Positions 35,500 to 47,700 of a DNA stretch of 64,000 nucleotides are shown here, in pieces (position 1 is the first letter of the stretch; the number at the start of each line of letters is the position of its first letter). Below the pieces are notes generated by a model. That model was not told the DNA's origin and searched no databases. It saw only the letters and a list, made by a program, of their open reading frames with translations. The position numbers and the translations under genes were made by a program. This DNA is from Mobula hypostoma (taxonomy: Eukaryota). Location of the stretch: contig NC_086097.1 in assembly GCF_963921235.1 (NCBI RefSeq), positions 190,280,001 through 190,344,000 on the forward strand, in the 5' to 3' direction.

Positions 35500-36260
35500 T
35501 AGTTGATCACTGTTAGACCACCATTCCACCACTAGAACACATTTCAGGAAATCTGAGCATCTGGTTGTGCCCCTCTAACATGCATACAGGCAGAGGCTGA
35601 AGTGTAAGGCTCCAGAAGTAAGAACGATGACGTAGTGGTTGTGGGAGGCAGGGGAGCGGCTATGGGTGTGAGCTTAGTCGGTGGATTGGGCCATGTTCAT
35701 CAGAGGAGCTGACCAAATATGTCATGGTTGCCACAGACTTTATAAACTCAGTCATGATGGGTGTACCCCCACAAAATCAATTTGAGTCTTCCCCAATCAA
35801 AATCCCTGGATGAATCAAGAGACCTGCAATCTGCTGAGGACCAGATCAGAGGCGTTCAGGTCTGGCGACCTAAGAAAATACAAGAGGTCCAGGTATGACC
35901 TCCAGAAAACCATCTCACTTCTGAAGTGGCAATTCCAGACCAAACTAGAATCATAGAAGGATGCGCAGCAGCTGTGGCAGGGCTTGAATTCTATCACCTC
36001 CAATGAAATAAAACCAAATGACATATGTGACAACAAGGTTTTAATCCCAGATGAGCTCAATGCCCTTTTTATGCTCGCTTTGACAGACAAAACACAGAGG
36101 CAACTCACCAAATCCCACTGCCCCGACGACCACAAGGTTAATGTCACTGAAGCCAACGTGACAGCACCCTTCAGGAGTGGGAATCCATGGACAGCGTCTT
36201 ACCAAGATTGATACCTGACCAAGTACTGAAGACCTGCGCTGATTAACTGGCTGTAGTGTC
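35500..36260 (+). mobile_element. Rex1/Babar-like LINE internal fragment
   Basis: AYRQRLK, FPNQNPWMNQETCNLLRTRSEAFRSGD...LWQGLNSIT...PDELNA. A matching tail probably resumes at 41705-41810. Confidence 0.75.
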
Positions 36261-36634
36261 CATAGAAACTTAGAAACATAGAAAACCTACAGCGCAATAA
36301 AGGCCCTTCAGCCCACAATGCTGTGCCAAACATGTACTTAATTTAGAAATTAACTAGGGTTGCCCATAGCCCTCTACTTTTCTAAACTCCATGCACCTAT
36401 CCAGGAGTCTCTTAAAAGACCCTATCGTATCCGCCTCCACCACCGTTGCTGGCAGACCATTCCACACACTCACCACTTTCTGTGTAAAAAAACTTACCCC
36501 TAGCATCTCCTCTGTATCTACTTCCAAGCACCTTAAATCTGTGCCCTCTCATGTTTGCCATTTCAGCCCTGGGAAAAAGCCTCTGGCTATCCACACGAGC
36601 AATGCCCCTCATCATCTTATACACCTCTATCGGG

Positions 36635-37521
36635 TGTTACGTACCCCGTAACTGGGTTGCCAAAGCAGCAGAAATGGATCACTCAGTTGGAGTCTGGATT
36701 ACTAGAACTAAGGAAGTTTTATTAAAGAAACAAGCAACACAGTACTCTAATCAAAAGGATAATGAATGCAACAGTTCAGCAATGATAAACATACATGTAC
36801 ACAGAATTAGGATAACAGGATCAATCAAGCTCTATCGTCGTCTAGGGGTAACTGACCAGTTTCAAAGTGACGCAAAGTTCAGTTCAATTGAGTTCAGTTC
36901 AGTTCACAGTAATCACTGCCGTGGCGATGGACAGTGGGGAGAAGGAGAGAGAGAGCAAAAACAAATGAATATTCAAACGGCTTCCACACAGACCTTCGAT
37001 ATTCTTCGCAGTCAGCTTTCGGGCGAGCCCTTTGTGATGTCTTCTGAGGTCATCAACCGTGACCCCTCCGTTTCCAGATATGATCGCTTCTCTGCGGTGA
37101 ACCCAGCACCCAGGCAAGGGCGGACACACACCAGGTTCCCGCCGATCGTACCTTTCCACCCTGTGCGTCTATGGCTTGGTCTCGCGACCAGCCCTCCAAA
37201 ACCCCCACCGACTTGTGGGAGGCGCACCGCTTCCAGGGTCTCGTTACCTCGTGGTGTCGTTTGTGTCTTGCCTTAGCGAACCTGTCCCTTTTTATCCCCC
37301 TGCTGGGGTATCGCCTGTCCATCACTTCAAACAGTTCAGGGTTCAAAGAGGGAGCCGATCTTGACAGCTCTCCTTCCGTCCCTTCATTAACATCTCCAAA
37401 TGCTGCTCCATTGTTTTCCTTATCTCTCTTTCTCCTGAAGACAGGTGGCAGACCAACTGCTGATCCCACTGGTGCCAGCACAGGACGGTTAACATCTTAA
37501 TCTATGTGTACTCTTGTCACA
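36635..37521 (-). repeat. 3' LTR
   Basis: tgttac...tgtcaca; about 97% identical to 40679-41559 by eye (~26 substitutions, 2 small indels). Preceded on the minus strand by the PPT. Confidence 0.97.
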
Positions 37522-37533
37522 CCCCTCACCTTT
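37522..37533 (-). promoter_or_regulatory. Polypurine tract
   Basis: Minus strand aaaggtgagggg immediately before the 3' LTR. Confidence 0.8.
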
Positions 37534-37639
37534 AAGGATTTTTACCGGGGTAAAAATTACAAACATGAATACATTATTTGATACACAGAAATACACATCT
37601 TTATCAGCTATTTGGCTAACACAGCGAGTTTTAAGTTGT

Positions 37640-38700
37640 CAACACCTGAGAGACAGTCAGCAATCACATTTTCTGTTCCTTTTATATGTGTTATTAATAA
37701 TCCCTTAGACCAGGCTCCAACTTAGCAAACTTCATAGCGGCCGAAAACACTGATGAATTGCAATCAATGTAACCTCTCATTGGGTTTCATCCCGGACCAC
37801 AATAACAAGGGTCGTCCCATCCCGACTTAGTTTTCTCTCACAAGGGCTTAGTAGGAGGGGGAGGGGTGGTAACCGCAGAGTTATTGCAAAACTTCCTACA
37901 GTACCCCACCATCTCCAAGAGCTTTCTGAGGGCCCTCTTGTCTGTTGGGGTTGGGATGTCAGAGATAGCTCGCACTTTAGCTTGCACCACTGCCAGCTGC
38001 CCCTGTGTTACCACAATTCCCAGATAAGTGACCTTCGTGTGGCCGAACTCATTTTTTTCAAGGTTCACTATCAAGCTGGCTTCAGACAGCCGTATTACAT
38101 CGCCAATACACACCTCTGTGTTCGTCAGCCCTTTCGTCACTGAATTACTCATTCTAGCATAACAAACACCACCCAACATCCCAGTTCTTTGCATCGCCTC
38201 GGGACAATCAAACACACGTGTGCGAGTCGTTTAATTACTTCTCCTAAAGAGTCGCTTTGTTCGGGGATTAAGGGAGAGACCTTATCAGCAGAGCTGGCCA
38301 AAACAATAGATTTCTCCCATCTGGTCGATACCATACTCATCTTATCAAAATAGTTCTTTTTTCTTATCAAGGGGACCCTAGCTTCATTGATTTCCGCACT
38401 AACACCGACTAGGTTCGTTAGCATATCAAAAGCCTGTGACCGTCTCAGTTCGCGTCTGCCATAATCAATAACATCCTTCCCCCTGGGCAGCCGGTAAACC
38501 TCTTTCATGATTCCACCAACTGTTTCGTCCAGCACCTCAAAATGTCCACCGAGGGGTACCTTGTGGGCCAGGTTAAAAATCTCATCCCCATAACTCTTTT
38601 GCACCACCCCCCATTCCTCATCAGCGGGTACGGTACTTGGTCTCCCTTTCTTCCTTAGCACTTCCTCCTCCACACAATAGCCTACTGGCTCCCTTCTTAA
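37640..38700 (-). pseudogene. pol: Deleted pol: integrase Zn-binding piece, RT C-terminal piece and RNase H terminus
   Basis: EIFNLAHKVPLGGHF (INT HH), then RLSEASLIVNLEKNEFGHTKVTYLG...AKVRAISDIPTPTDKRALRKLLEMVGYCRKFC (RT), then ENVIADCLSR (RH end). No DDE or YxDD cores seen. Confidence 0.85.
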
Positions 38701-40579
38701 TTCTGCGTCAGAGAGAGCTGTCTCCGCAAAACCATCAGCCCCTCGTCTCGCTCCTGCACCTGCACAAATTCCTTCCTGGCTAATGCTAAGTCTGTCTCAG
38801 CTCCCTCACTACCTCTTGTTTTACTACACTCCTTCTTTTCAGTTTCTACCTCCTCCTGGTACGTCTCAACTAAATTTACTTCGGCAGTCCCGGGATGAAC
38901 CTGTGAGTCCATGGGCGGGGCCTCAATGCTGGCAGGCTGACCTGTCAATCTCACGGCTGGGAACACGATTCCCCTGGCGAGGTCATTACCGAGCAAGACT
39001 TCCACGCCTTTCATCGGTAATTCGGGCCTCACCCCGACCGTGACTAGTCCAGAGACCAAGTTGCTTTGTAGGTGTATCTGGTGCAAAGGGACTGCCTCTG
39101 CCCCTTCCCCAATACCCCTGACCTTGACCTCCCCAGTCTGGGTCTCTGAACTAAACTCTAATACACTCTTCAATATCAATGACTGACACGCTCCCGTGTC
39201 TCTCCAGATCCGCACTGGAACTGGGTTTAATCCCTCCTTCACTGACACCAATCCGGCCGAGATAAACCTCTCACGCCCTTCCTGAACTTTGGCAGACCTT
39301 TCCTCATCTAGCGGTTCGTTTACCAGCTCGATACAGCCAGTCAAAATCACCGTTTTTCCTTTTCCCGTCTCTTTCTTTGGGGCAAAGCACCTGGACGCAA
39401 AGTGTCCGGCTTTCCCACAATTATAACAGACGACCCCTGGAGACTTCCTACCAGACTGCTCCTGGTCTACCTTATCCTACTCACTAGTCCCCAGCTTACT
39501 TTCTGACTTTTCTGGCGGACTCTCCCCACCGTCCTGACTACCCTTCTGGTAGCCTTTACTCGCGGCAAACTTAATTTTATGCGTCAACGCATACTCATCC
39601 GCTAACTTAGCAGTTGCGGCTAACGTGGCTGCCTCTTTCTCATCTAGGTAGGGTCTCATACCCTCAGGGACACAACTTTTAAACTGCTCAATCAGGATCA
39701 GCTGTAGCAGTCTGTCATAATCCCCCTCTACCCACTTCAAGGCGCACCAATGCTCACAATATGTCTGCATCTCATAGGCAAACTCTAAATACGTGCGGTC
39801 CCACTGCTTCCTCGCATTCCGGACCCTCTGCCGGTATGCCTCCGGGACCAACTCATAAATCCTGAGGATGGCCTCTTTCACCACCTCATACCTCTGGGCA
39901 TCTTCCGCGACAAAGCTGAGTAAGCTTGTTGGGCTTTCCCTTTTAGTACACTCTGAAGCAAAACAGCCCACTTAACCCTCGGCCAGTCCTGACTTGTAGC
40001 AACTTTTTCGAAATGGAGAAAGTACCGATCCACATCGGTATCGTCAAATGCGGGAACCAGCCTAACCTCCTGGGTCGCCCTGAACCCTCCAACTTGGTTC
40101 GGCATGGGCCCCTGCTCGGCCCTTATCTTTAACTTCTCCAGCTCAAATTCCCTTTCCCTCTGTTTCTCCAACTGCCTCTCTTCTCGCTCCAACTGTCTCT
40201 CTCTCTCTCTCTCCTGCCTTTCTAACTCTCTCTCTCTCTCCTGCCTTTCTAACTGTTTCTCTTTCTCCTGCCTTTCTAACTGCTTCTCTTCGTGTTCTAA
40301 CTGCCGTACCCGGAACTCGTGCTCGAGTCTCAGTTTTCCAAGCTGCACCTGTACCGTGTCTCCAGCAGGTTTTTCAATAGACATCACCTCCAGCTCCCCT
40401 TAGGGAAACACACCTTTAGATACATAGTGCTCTACGATAGCTCTGTGTATCTCCTCTCTCCTCATTGTCGACTTCCCCTTAACAAGGTTCAACGGTTTGG
40501 CCACAGCTGCCAATTCCACTTTCCTGGCATCCTCTAATGCCTCCAAGGTCGGCGCCTTTATAAATTCCTCAATCTCCAT
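38697..40579 (-). pseudogene. gag: gag-protease with SCAN-like capsid domain, CCHC knuckle and aspartic protease
   Basis: ATG at 40579 (MEIEEFIKAPTLEAL); E/R/Q coiled coil; FLHFEKVA..WP...WAVLLQSVLKGKAQ; PEAYRQR...LILIEQFKSCVP...LADEY; CYNCGKAGHFASRC; RDTGACQSLI; LLGNDL. A few stops and frameshifts. Confidence 0.9.
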
Positions 40580-40654
40580 TTCTGCTGTTTGTTTTTTCTT
40601 TCTTTCGGGAATTTTAACCCAATCAATTTACTCCGTCCCAAATTTAGCATTCAA

Positions 40655-40674
40655 AATCGCGGACGAGAACCCCA
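40655..40674 (-). promoter_or_regulatory. Primer binding site, tRNA-Pro-like
   Basis: Minus strand tggggttctcgtccgcgatt vs the tRNA-Pro complement TGGGGGCTCGTCCGGGATT, 4 nt after the 5' LTR. Confidence 0.8.
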
Positions 40675-40678
40675 CTTA

Positions 40679-41559
40679 TGTTACGTATCCCGTAACTGGG
40701 TTGCCAAACCAGCAGAAATGAATCACTCAGTTGGAGTCTGGATTACTAGAACTAAGAAAGTTTTATTAAAGAAACAAGCAACACAGTACTCTAATCAAAA
40801 GGATAATAAATGCAACAGTTCAACAATGATAAACACACATGTACACAGAATTAGGATAACAGGATCAAGCTCTATCGTCGTCTAGGGGTAACTGACCAGT
40901 TTCAAAGTGACGCAAAGTTCAGTTCAATTGAGTTCAGTTCAGTTCACAGTAATCACTGCCGTGGCGATGGACAGTGGGGGGAAGGAGAGAGAGAGCAAAA
41001 ACGAATGAATATTCAAACGGCTTCCACACAGACCTTCGATATTCTTCGCAGTCAGCTTTCGGGCGAGCCCTTTGTGATGTCTTCTGAGGTCACTGACCGT
41101 GACCCCTCCGTTTCCAGATACGATCGTTTCTCTGCGGTGAACCTGGCACCCAGGCAAGGGCGGACACACACCAGGTTCCCGCCGATCGTACCTTTCCACC
41201 CTGTGCGTCTATGGCTTGGTCTCGCGACCAGCCCTCCAAAACTCCCACCGACTTGTGGGAGGCGCACCGCTTCCAGGGTCTCGTTACCTCGTGGTGTCGT
41301 GTGTGTGTTGCCTTAGTGAACCTGTCCCTTTTTATCCCCCTGCTGGGGTATCGCCTGTCCATCACTTCAAACAGTTCAGGGTTCAAAGAGGGAGCCGATC
41401 TTGACAGCTCTCTTTCTGTCCCTTCATTAACATCTCCAAATGTTGCTCCATTGTTTTCCTTATCTCTCTCTCCTGAAGACAGGTGGCAGACCAACTGCTG
41501 ATCCCACTGGTGCCAGCACAGGACAGTTAACATCTTAATCTATGTTTACTCTCGTCACA
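40679..41559 (-). repeat. 5' LTR
   Basis: Pairs with 36635-37521. Minus-strand TATA-like gataaaaa and aataaa signals. Confidence 0.97.
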
Positions 41560-42535
41560 CGGGTCACCTCTCATCCTCCACCACTACAAGGAGAAAAGGC
41601 TGAGTTCACTCAACCTATTCTCATGAGGCTTGCTCCCCAATCCTGGCAACATCCTTGTAAATCTCCTCTACACCCTTTCTATAGTTTCCACATCATCCTG
41701 TAGTGAGAAAATGAAATTTTTCCACAAGAAAATGAATCTCAGGGTGGTGCAGTATATGGTGACATATATTCTTTGATAATTAATTTACTTTGAACCTTGA
41801 AGTTTGATAGTAAAATCACATAATGGTGCTGGGGTGAGCAGATTGGAACAATGGTGAAGGAGACCTAGTGGGAGGAGTGAGAGGTTGATTGACAGATGGA
41901 GTGGGTGGAGAAGGGGAAAGAAAGTTTAAGAAAAAGGATGTTGGGAGGCCGCGGGTAGTTGTTGAACAAACTGGGTAGATCAGAAGCAGAGGGAAAAAGA
42001 ATAGAATGGCAGCTGTTTTAACTGAAATTGGACAGGCATTTGCTAGATTATGTACCAAGCAAGAGACTGCAAGGGCTGTAACAAAAGACTGTAATCACAG
42101 CTTGTAATTACCAATGACAAATGGATTGACCACTGTTTAATTTGCTCTATGATCTTCACAGTTTGACCACAAACTGTACTAACAACAGAAATGTCACTGA
42201 GAACAAATCAAGGTGTCAAGGAACCAGCAAAGGAAATTTTTCCAAGCTAGCATCTTTTAGATGTCCTAACAAAAAGAACCACAGTGTGTTCACATACTTG
42301 ACTACTTTAAAGTCCACCAGGATTGTTGATTGTGAAGATAATCTTGGGTTCTCAACCAGAGCACTAGAGATGGTTTCAACCATCACCACCAAATCTGTTT
42401 TTCTTATTGTCCTATGTTTTATGTTCTATAACACAAAAAAACAACTGCAGTTGAGAAGGGAGAATACTCGTTTCACCTTCTATTGAGAGGATGGCATCAG
42501 CTGAAGCAGAAAGCTGGATATTGGTTGACTACTGA

Positions 42536-43587
42536 GGCTATGTCCACACTAGACCGGATAATTTTGAAAACGTCGGTTTCGAGTAAAAATGACAGGCGTC
42601 CACACTAAGTGTTTTTCAAAATATCTCTGTCCACATCAGAACGGATATTTGGGTGAATCTCCTCCCACTGGGTATGAGCCGGACACACAGAAAACAAGTG
42701 AAGAGGAAACAGTATACTTGGAGCGCGTTTGTCCAGTTACAGACTAGAAAAACTTTAAAGGAATTGCTGTTGGCTCTCATGCAGGAGGACTTAAAACTAA
42801 AAAACAAAAAATACTGGAGCGTATGGAGGCAACCGATAGGCAGTTCATGGACAGTATGACCCGGTTGACGACGAACATTGAAATACTGACTAACTCTGTT
42901 GCATTAATAAAGCACCTTGTTAAATGTATAAAACATGTCTGCATCAGTGTTATCTTGTATTTCCACACGACGTTACATTAGGCTGTTACACATCTATTGT
43001 CAGAGAAGTACTTGCATAAATAGGTAAACCACCTTCATACAAGCAAGGACATAAAACAGGGCAAAATGAGTATACTAATTTATTCAGTAAGCAATGGGGT
43101 CAAAGTATTTGGTGAGTACATTTCTAACTCTTCTGGCTTCAGTCTGCTGCCATCTGTTCTGAAATTGTAGGTTGTGTGTGGGGTTGCGTTCAAGAAAACA
43201 ATGAAATGCCGCGTTGCCGCCATCTGTTCCAGCACGTCATGACAGCGTTTTTAAATAGTCAAAAAAGCTCACTTTACAATTTAACTCTCGTGCTGTTCAC
43301 ACCAACTGTGCGTTATAACAGCCGTCCGGCAGTATTTGTGCAGTACCAAGCAGAAGCAGAAAAACGTTGTTGTTGTGGTATTGTCATGACAGCATTTTTA
43401 AATATCTCCGTTTACCCCGTCCACACTACAACACGCAACAATCATTTTCAAATTTACACACTCTGGAGAGTGTTTTAGAAAAGCTCTGTTTTCGGGGTTG
43501 AAAACGCCGTTTCAATGTGGACGGAGGGTCAAAACGAAGAGAAAAAGCTTTGTTTTCAAAATTATCCGGCGTAGTGTGGACGTAGAC
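42536..43587. mobile_element. Complete non-autonomous PIF/Harbinger-type element
   Basis: TGA|ggctatgtccacactagaccggataattttgaaaac ... gttttcaaaattatccggcgtagtgtggacgtagac|TGA: ~36-bp TIR and 3-bp TGA TSD. Subterminal gtccacact repeats. Confidence 0.9.
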
Positions 43588-44196
43588 TGAATCCGTAGTT
43601 AGCAGTAGGGTTGAATCTTTAAAGATTGGATATGTTTATTCATAATCCTATCTTTCACTTTCCAACTTTTCTTCATCGTACTGTCTCTTTGACTGAGTAG
43701 CTGCAGATAATCTAAGCAGTTAACTTGTGCTTTTCTTTTTCTTTCACAATTTAACCTACATCACTAGTTGCTTACAGGGACTGCAAGACATCCTTTGTAC
43801 TAGTTCAGATTCCGGCACCATAATTTTTATTAGAAGAAATCATACAGGTGTACAGATGACAGTTCACCAGTTGGTAGGATCATAGATGAATTCTATTCCA
43901 AAAGAATCAGCTAATGAGTAACTGGGCCAGGCTATGTTAAAAGACTATTCGGCAAAGACATTACAATCCTTGGTGAATAGAAAGACCTGCCAGGAAGCAG
44001 GCACAGAGTAACAAGGTGCTTTGCAGAGGCCTGTTACCAAATCAAAAACAGTTCTTTGCAAAAATCTTCAAAGCCACCTTCTCCAGCATGGAACTTGTGG
44101 ACAACTCCATCAATAAATCTGTTGACCCAGCGATAATGTAGCAGCTGAGTGTTCATACCATCCAAGTCTGAAACAAACAGAACTCTGGATATGTCA

Positions 44197-44384
44197 GGCA
44201 ACACACACAAAAAATGCTGCTGAATGCAGCAGGCCAGGCAGCATCTACAGGAAGAGGTACAGTCGACATTTCAGGCCGGGACACTGACTGTACCTCTTCC
44301 TATAAATGCTGCCTGGTCTGCTGCGTTCACCGGCATTTTTTGTGTGTGTTACTTGAATTTCCAGCATCTGCAGATTTCCTCATG
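44197..44384. mobile_element. Palindromic Penelope-type element with 13-bp TSD, centre deleted
   Basis: tctggatatgtca at 44184-44196 and 44385-44397; arms homologous to 34617-34836. Confidence 0.9.
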
Positions 44385-44539
44385 TCTGGATATGTCATGC
44401 TGACTGCTTCTCACATCTCCTGTTTTTTTTTTCTTTATCTCTTTTCAAGTTTCAGAAAGTTATTTTGCAGATTTATAAATCTCTGGTTAGGTCACATCTG
44501 GATTATTACTTTCCATTCTGGTTACTTCATTATAACAAT

Positions 44540-44790
44540 GATGCAGAGGCTTTGGAGAGGGTGCAGAAGAGGTTTCCTAAGATGCTACCTGGATTAGAGG
44601 GCATATGCAATGTGGAAAGTGTAGACTAATGTGAGTTGTTTTCTCTGGAGTAGTGGCAGCAGAGGGGAGACCAGTGAGAAGTTTATGAGATTATTATGTG
44701 AGGCGTTGATAGAGCAGACAGCTGGAATCTTTTTCCCAGGCTCAAAATGTCTAATACCACAGGGCGTACATTTAAGTTGAGAGGGGATAT
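44540..44790 (+). mobile_element. CR1 ORF2 C-terminal fragment
   Basis: gaggctttggagagggtgcagaagagg...ttctctggag (ALERVQKR..FSLE). Confidence 0.7.
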
Positions 44791-44799
44791 ATCCTATGA

Positions 44800-46592
44800 T
44801 GTACTGCTTCTATGTTCCAATGTTCTATGGGATCTCTTCTGGGAAAGTTATGACCTGTACAAATGGGATGGGTTACATCTGAACTTTGAGGGACTAATGT
44901 CCTTGCAGGCAGGTTTGCTAGAGCTGCTGAGGAAAGTTTATGCTACATTGGCAGGGGGAATGAAAACCAGAATGTTAGATCAGATGATGTACGTAGCTAT
45001 TGGCGTAAAGATAGATACCATATCCCGAAAGACTGTGAGGAAGGATAGGTAGTAGATAAGGCATAAATATAGTCAGTTTGATAGGTTGAAATATGTTTAC
45101 CTTAATGCAAGAAGTATTAAGAATGAGGGTGATGCACTTAGATCAGTACATGGAATTACAAAGTTGTGGCTATAGCAGAGATTTGGTCATTGCCAGGGCA
45201 AGATTGGCTGATTCATGTCCAGGATTCTGATGTTTCATAAGGAACAGGGAAGGAAGTAAAAGAGCTGGGGGAGTGGAATTGCTATTCAGGAATAGTATCA
45301 CAGCTGCAGAAAGGGAGGATGATGTAGAGAGTGTCAACTGAATCAGAGTGGATGAAAGTGAGAAACAGAAAGGGAGCAATCACTCTATTGGGAGTATCCT
45401 ATAGAACCCCCTTTAGCAACAGAAACACTAAGAAGCAGATTAGGAGGCATATTTTAGGAAGGTGCAAAAATAACAGGGTTGTTCTCATAAAGGACTTCAA
45501 CTCCCTAATATTGATTGGCACTACCTTTGCGCAAAAAAGTTTAGATGGGGGAGAATTTGGTAGCTGTGACCAGGAAAGATTCCCTACGCAATACGTAGAC
45601 ATGCAGACTAGAAGAGAGGCCATACTGGATCTGCTACCAGGCAATGAACCTGGTCAGGTGACTGATGCATTGAAGGGCGAGCATTTCAGAGACAGTGAAC
45701 ACAACTTCCTGACTTCTGGTATAACCATGAACAAGCTCTGTATCTCCGGTAGGGTACCAGTGAGTCTTACGTCAGTGGTGTGCAAACTAGTGGAGAGGAA
45801 TCTCAACCTTAATTCTTGCTTATATTTGTATCTGGTACTAAAATGGTAGGGTAAAGGAACCATGTTTGACAAGGGAAATGGAACTCGAAGTCAAGAGAAA
45901 GGATGAAGCAGACTTAAGGTCAAGAAAGCAAAAATCAGGCAAGGCTCTTGAGAGTTATAAGGTAGACAGAAGGGAGCTAAGAAAGGTCTTAGGAGAGCTA
46001 AAAGGGGACTCAAGAAGGCCTTGGTGTGTAGGATTAAGGAAAACCCCAGTGAGTTCTACATGTATGTGAAGAACAGGAAGATGATGAGAGTGAGAGCAGG
46101 GCACTCAGAGATAAAAGGGGAAACATGTGCCTGGAGACAGAGGAGGTCCTTAATGAATACTTTGATTTAGTGTCACCTGAAGTGAGGGACTTTGCCAAAC
46201 ATGAGATCAGCTTAGGACAGGCTGATGTGCTGGAGCATTTTGAGGTTAAGAAAAAGATAATGTTAGAGCTTCTGAAAAACATTAGGAGAGATAAGAACCT
46301 GGGACCAGATCCAGACTGGTTCTCATCTCTCTTCATCTTTTTCAAAGGCTCTAACACTATTATTAGATGTTCCCCAGGTTACTATGGGAAGTGAGGAAAG
46401 AGATTGCTGTGGTATTGATGACGATCTTTGTGACCTCTCTGGTCATGGGGGGGGGGCGCGGGGTACCGAAAGACTGAAGAATAGCAAAGATTGTTCCGTT
46501 GTTCAAGAAAGTTAACAAGGATAATCCCTGGAATTATAAACCAGTGAGTCTTACGTCAGTGGTGTGCAAACTAGTGGAGAGGAATCTCAAAC
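44800..46592 (+). mobile_element. CR1 fragment: ORF1 end, endonuclease and RT N-terminus
   Basis: DLYKWDGLHLN (ORF1); YLNARSI, LLGVSYRTP, DFN, TRREAILDL, DSEHN (APE); PLFKK..KDNPWNYKPVSLTSVVCKLVE. Confidence 0.85.
45756..45842 (+). repeat. 87-bp direct copy of 46540-46626 (1 mismatch)
   Basis: accagtgagtcttacgtcag...tgtatctggtactaaa; flanked by ggtagggta at 45748-45756 and 45845-45853. Confidence 0.93.
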
Positions 46593-47700
46593 TTAATTCT
46601 TGCTTATATTTGTATCTGGTACTAAAGTCTTCTGGTAGTAAAGGCCAACATATTGTCTCCCTTCCTATTTACTCACTACAGCTGCATGTTAGCTTTCAAT
46701 AATGTGAACAAGGACATCCAGGTCTCATTGAACATCAATATTATCAAATCTCTCACCATTTAACCAAGTGCTCAGCACTTCATTTTTTTTTCCACTACGT
46801 GCATAATCCTATATTTCCCATTGTATATTGGACTTCCTTCTACTAGTTTGCTTAAATCCTTTAAATCTCTCTGTATATTCCCCACTCCACACATTTCCAC
46901 TTACCAGAAAACCTGGAAATATTATTTTAGGCCCTCTTTGCTTAAGTTGTGATATACGGACAAGAATAGGCTAGCATCAGTATTTCTGGTATCCTACCAT
47001 TCACAGTATGCCAATCTATTGACTCTTTAATCCTACTCTATCTTTTAGCCAACTCTTAATGCGCACTAGTATATTACTCCCAATTCAGCAAGTTTAGCTT
47101 GGATCATCAATCAAAAGTCCTGTGAAGATCAAAATGCATCTCATTAACTGGTTTATCTTCATTTCTTCGTTTAGATACTGTATAACCACAGAAAACGCAA
47201 AGATTTTTGTCAAAAATTATTTTCCTATTATAAATCCACTTTGACACTGCTGACTCATACTATTATTTTTTCAGTACCTGGATATTACATCTTCTATTCC
47301 AGTATTTTCCCTATGATCTATGTCAGAGCAACAGAGAGATTCCTAATTTCTTTTTGCCACTTTCCATAAGCAGGGAAGTGTGAGGTCACATTTTCTATTA
47401 TGCAATCTACAGGAATCATTCCAGAATCTACAGAATTTTGGAAGGTGATTATAACCATACATAACACTGTCATCATATTTACCTCTTTCAGAATTTGGGA
47501 TGTACACTAACACAATCTTGGGATTTTTTAGTTTTCAAATTAATTTAATTAATTGATCCAGTTTTCTTATTCATACTAATTTTGTTTATTTCATCATTGT
47601 ATCGTCAGTGTATCTGGGAGGGTTTTTTTTGTATCTGCATCTGTGAAACTTGACACTAGCATTTGCTTAACTTCTCTGTCACATATTTGTGCCACTAGTT
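46593..47700 (-). mobile_element. Old CR1 ORF2 fragment, antisense
   Basis: gtgaacaaggacatccaggtctc, ggtatcctaccattcac, aatcattccagaatct, tgtgaaacttgacac match decayed CR1 RT in reverse. Confidence 0.6.

Larger units (their letters stand above)
36635..41559 (-). mobile_element. Two-LTR Gypsy retrotransposon, Gmr1-like (SCAN-type gag), non-autonomous with deleted pol
   Basis: LTRs 36635-37521 and 40679-41559 (TG...CA termini), 4-bp TSD cggg, tRNA-Pro PBS, PPT, gag-protease followed by INT/RT/RH fragments. Confidence 0.95.
36262..41703 (-). mobile_element. CR1 3' fragment (family B) split by the LTR element: 36262-36634 and 41560-41703
   Basis: acacctctatcggg|...|cgggtcacctctcatcctcc reconstitutes a continuous CR1 sequence. 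Confidence 0.9.

Noticed and set aside
36551..37481. 241-aa and 142-aa ORFs overlapping the LTR as novel accessory genes
   Set aside because: The 241-aa ORF starts in antisense CR1 and is broken by an indel in the sister LTR. The minus-strand ORFs differ in frame between LTR copies. No recognisable domain.
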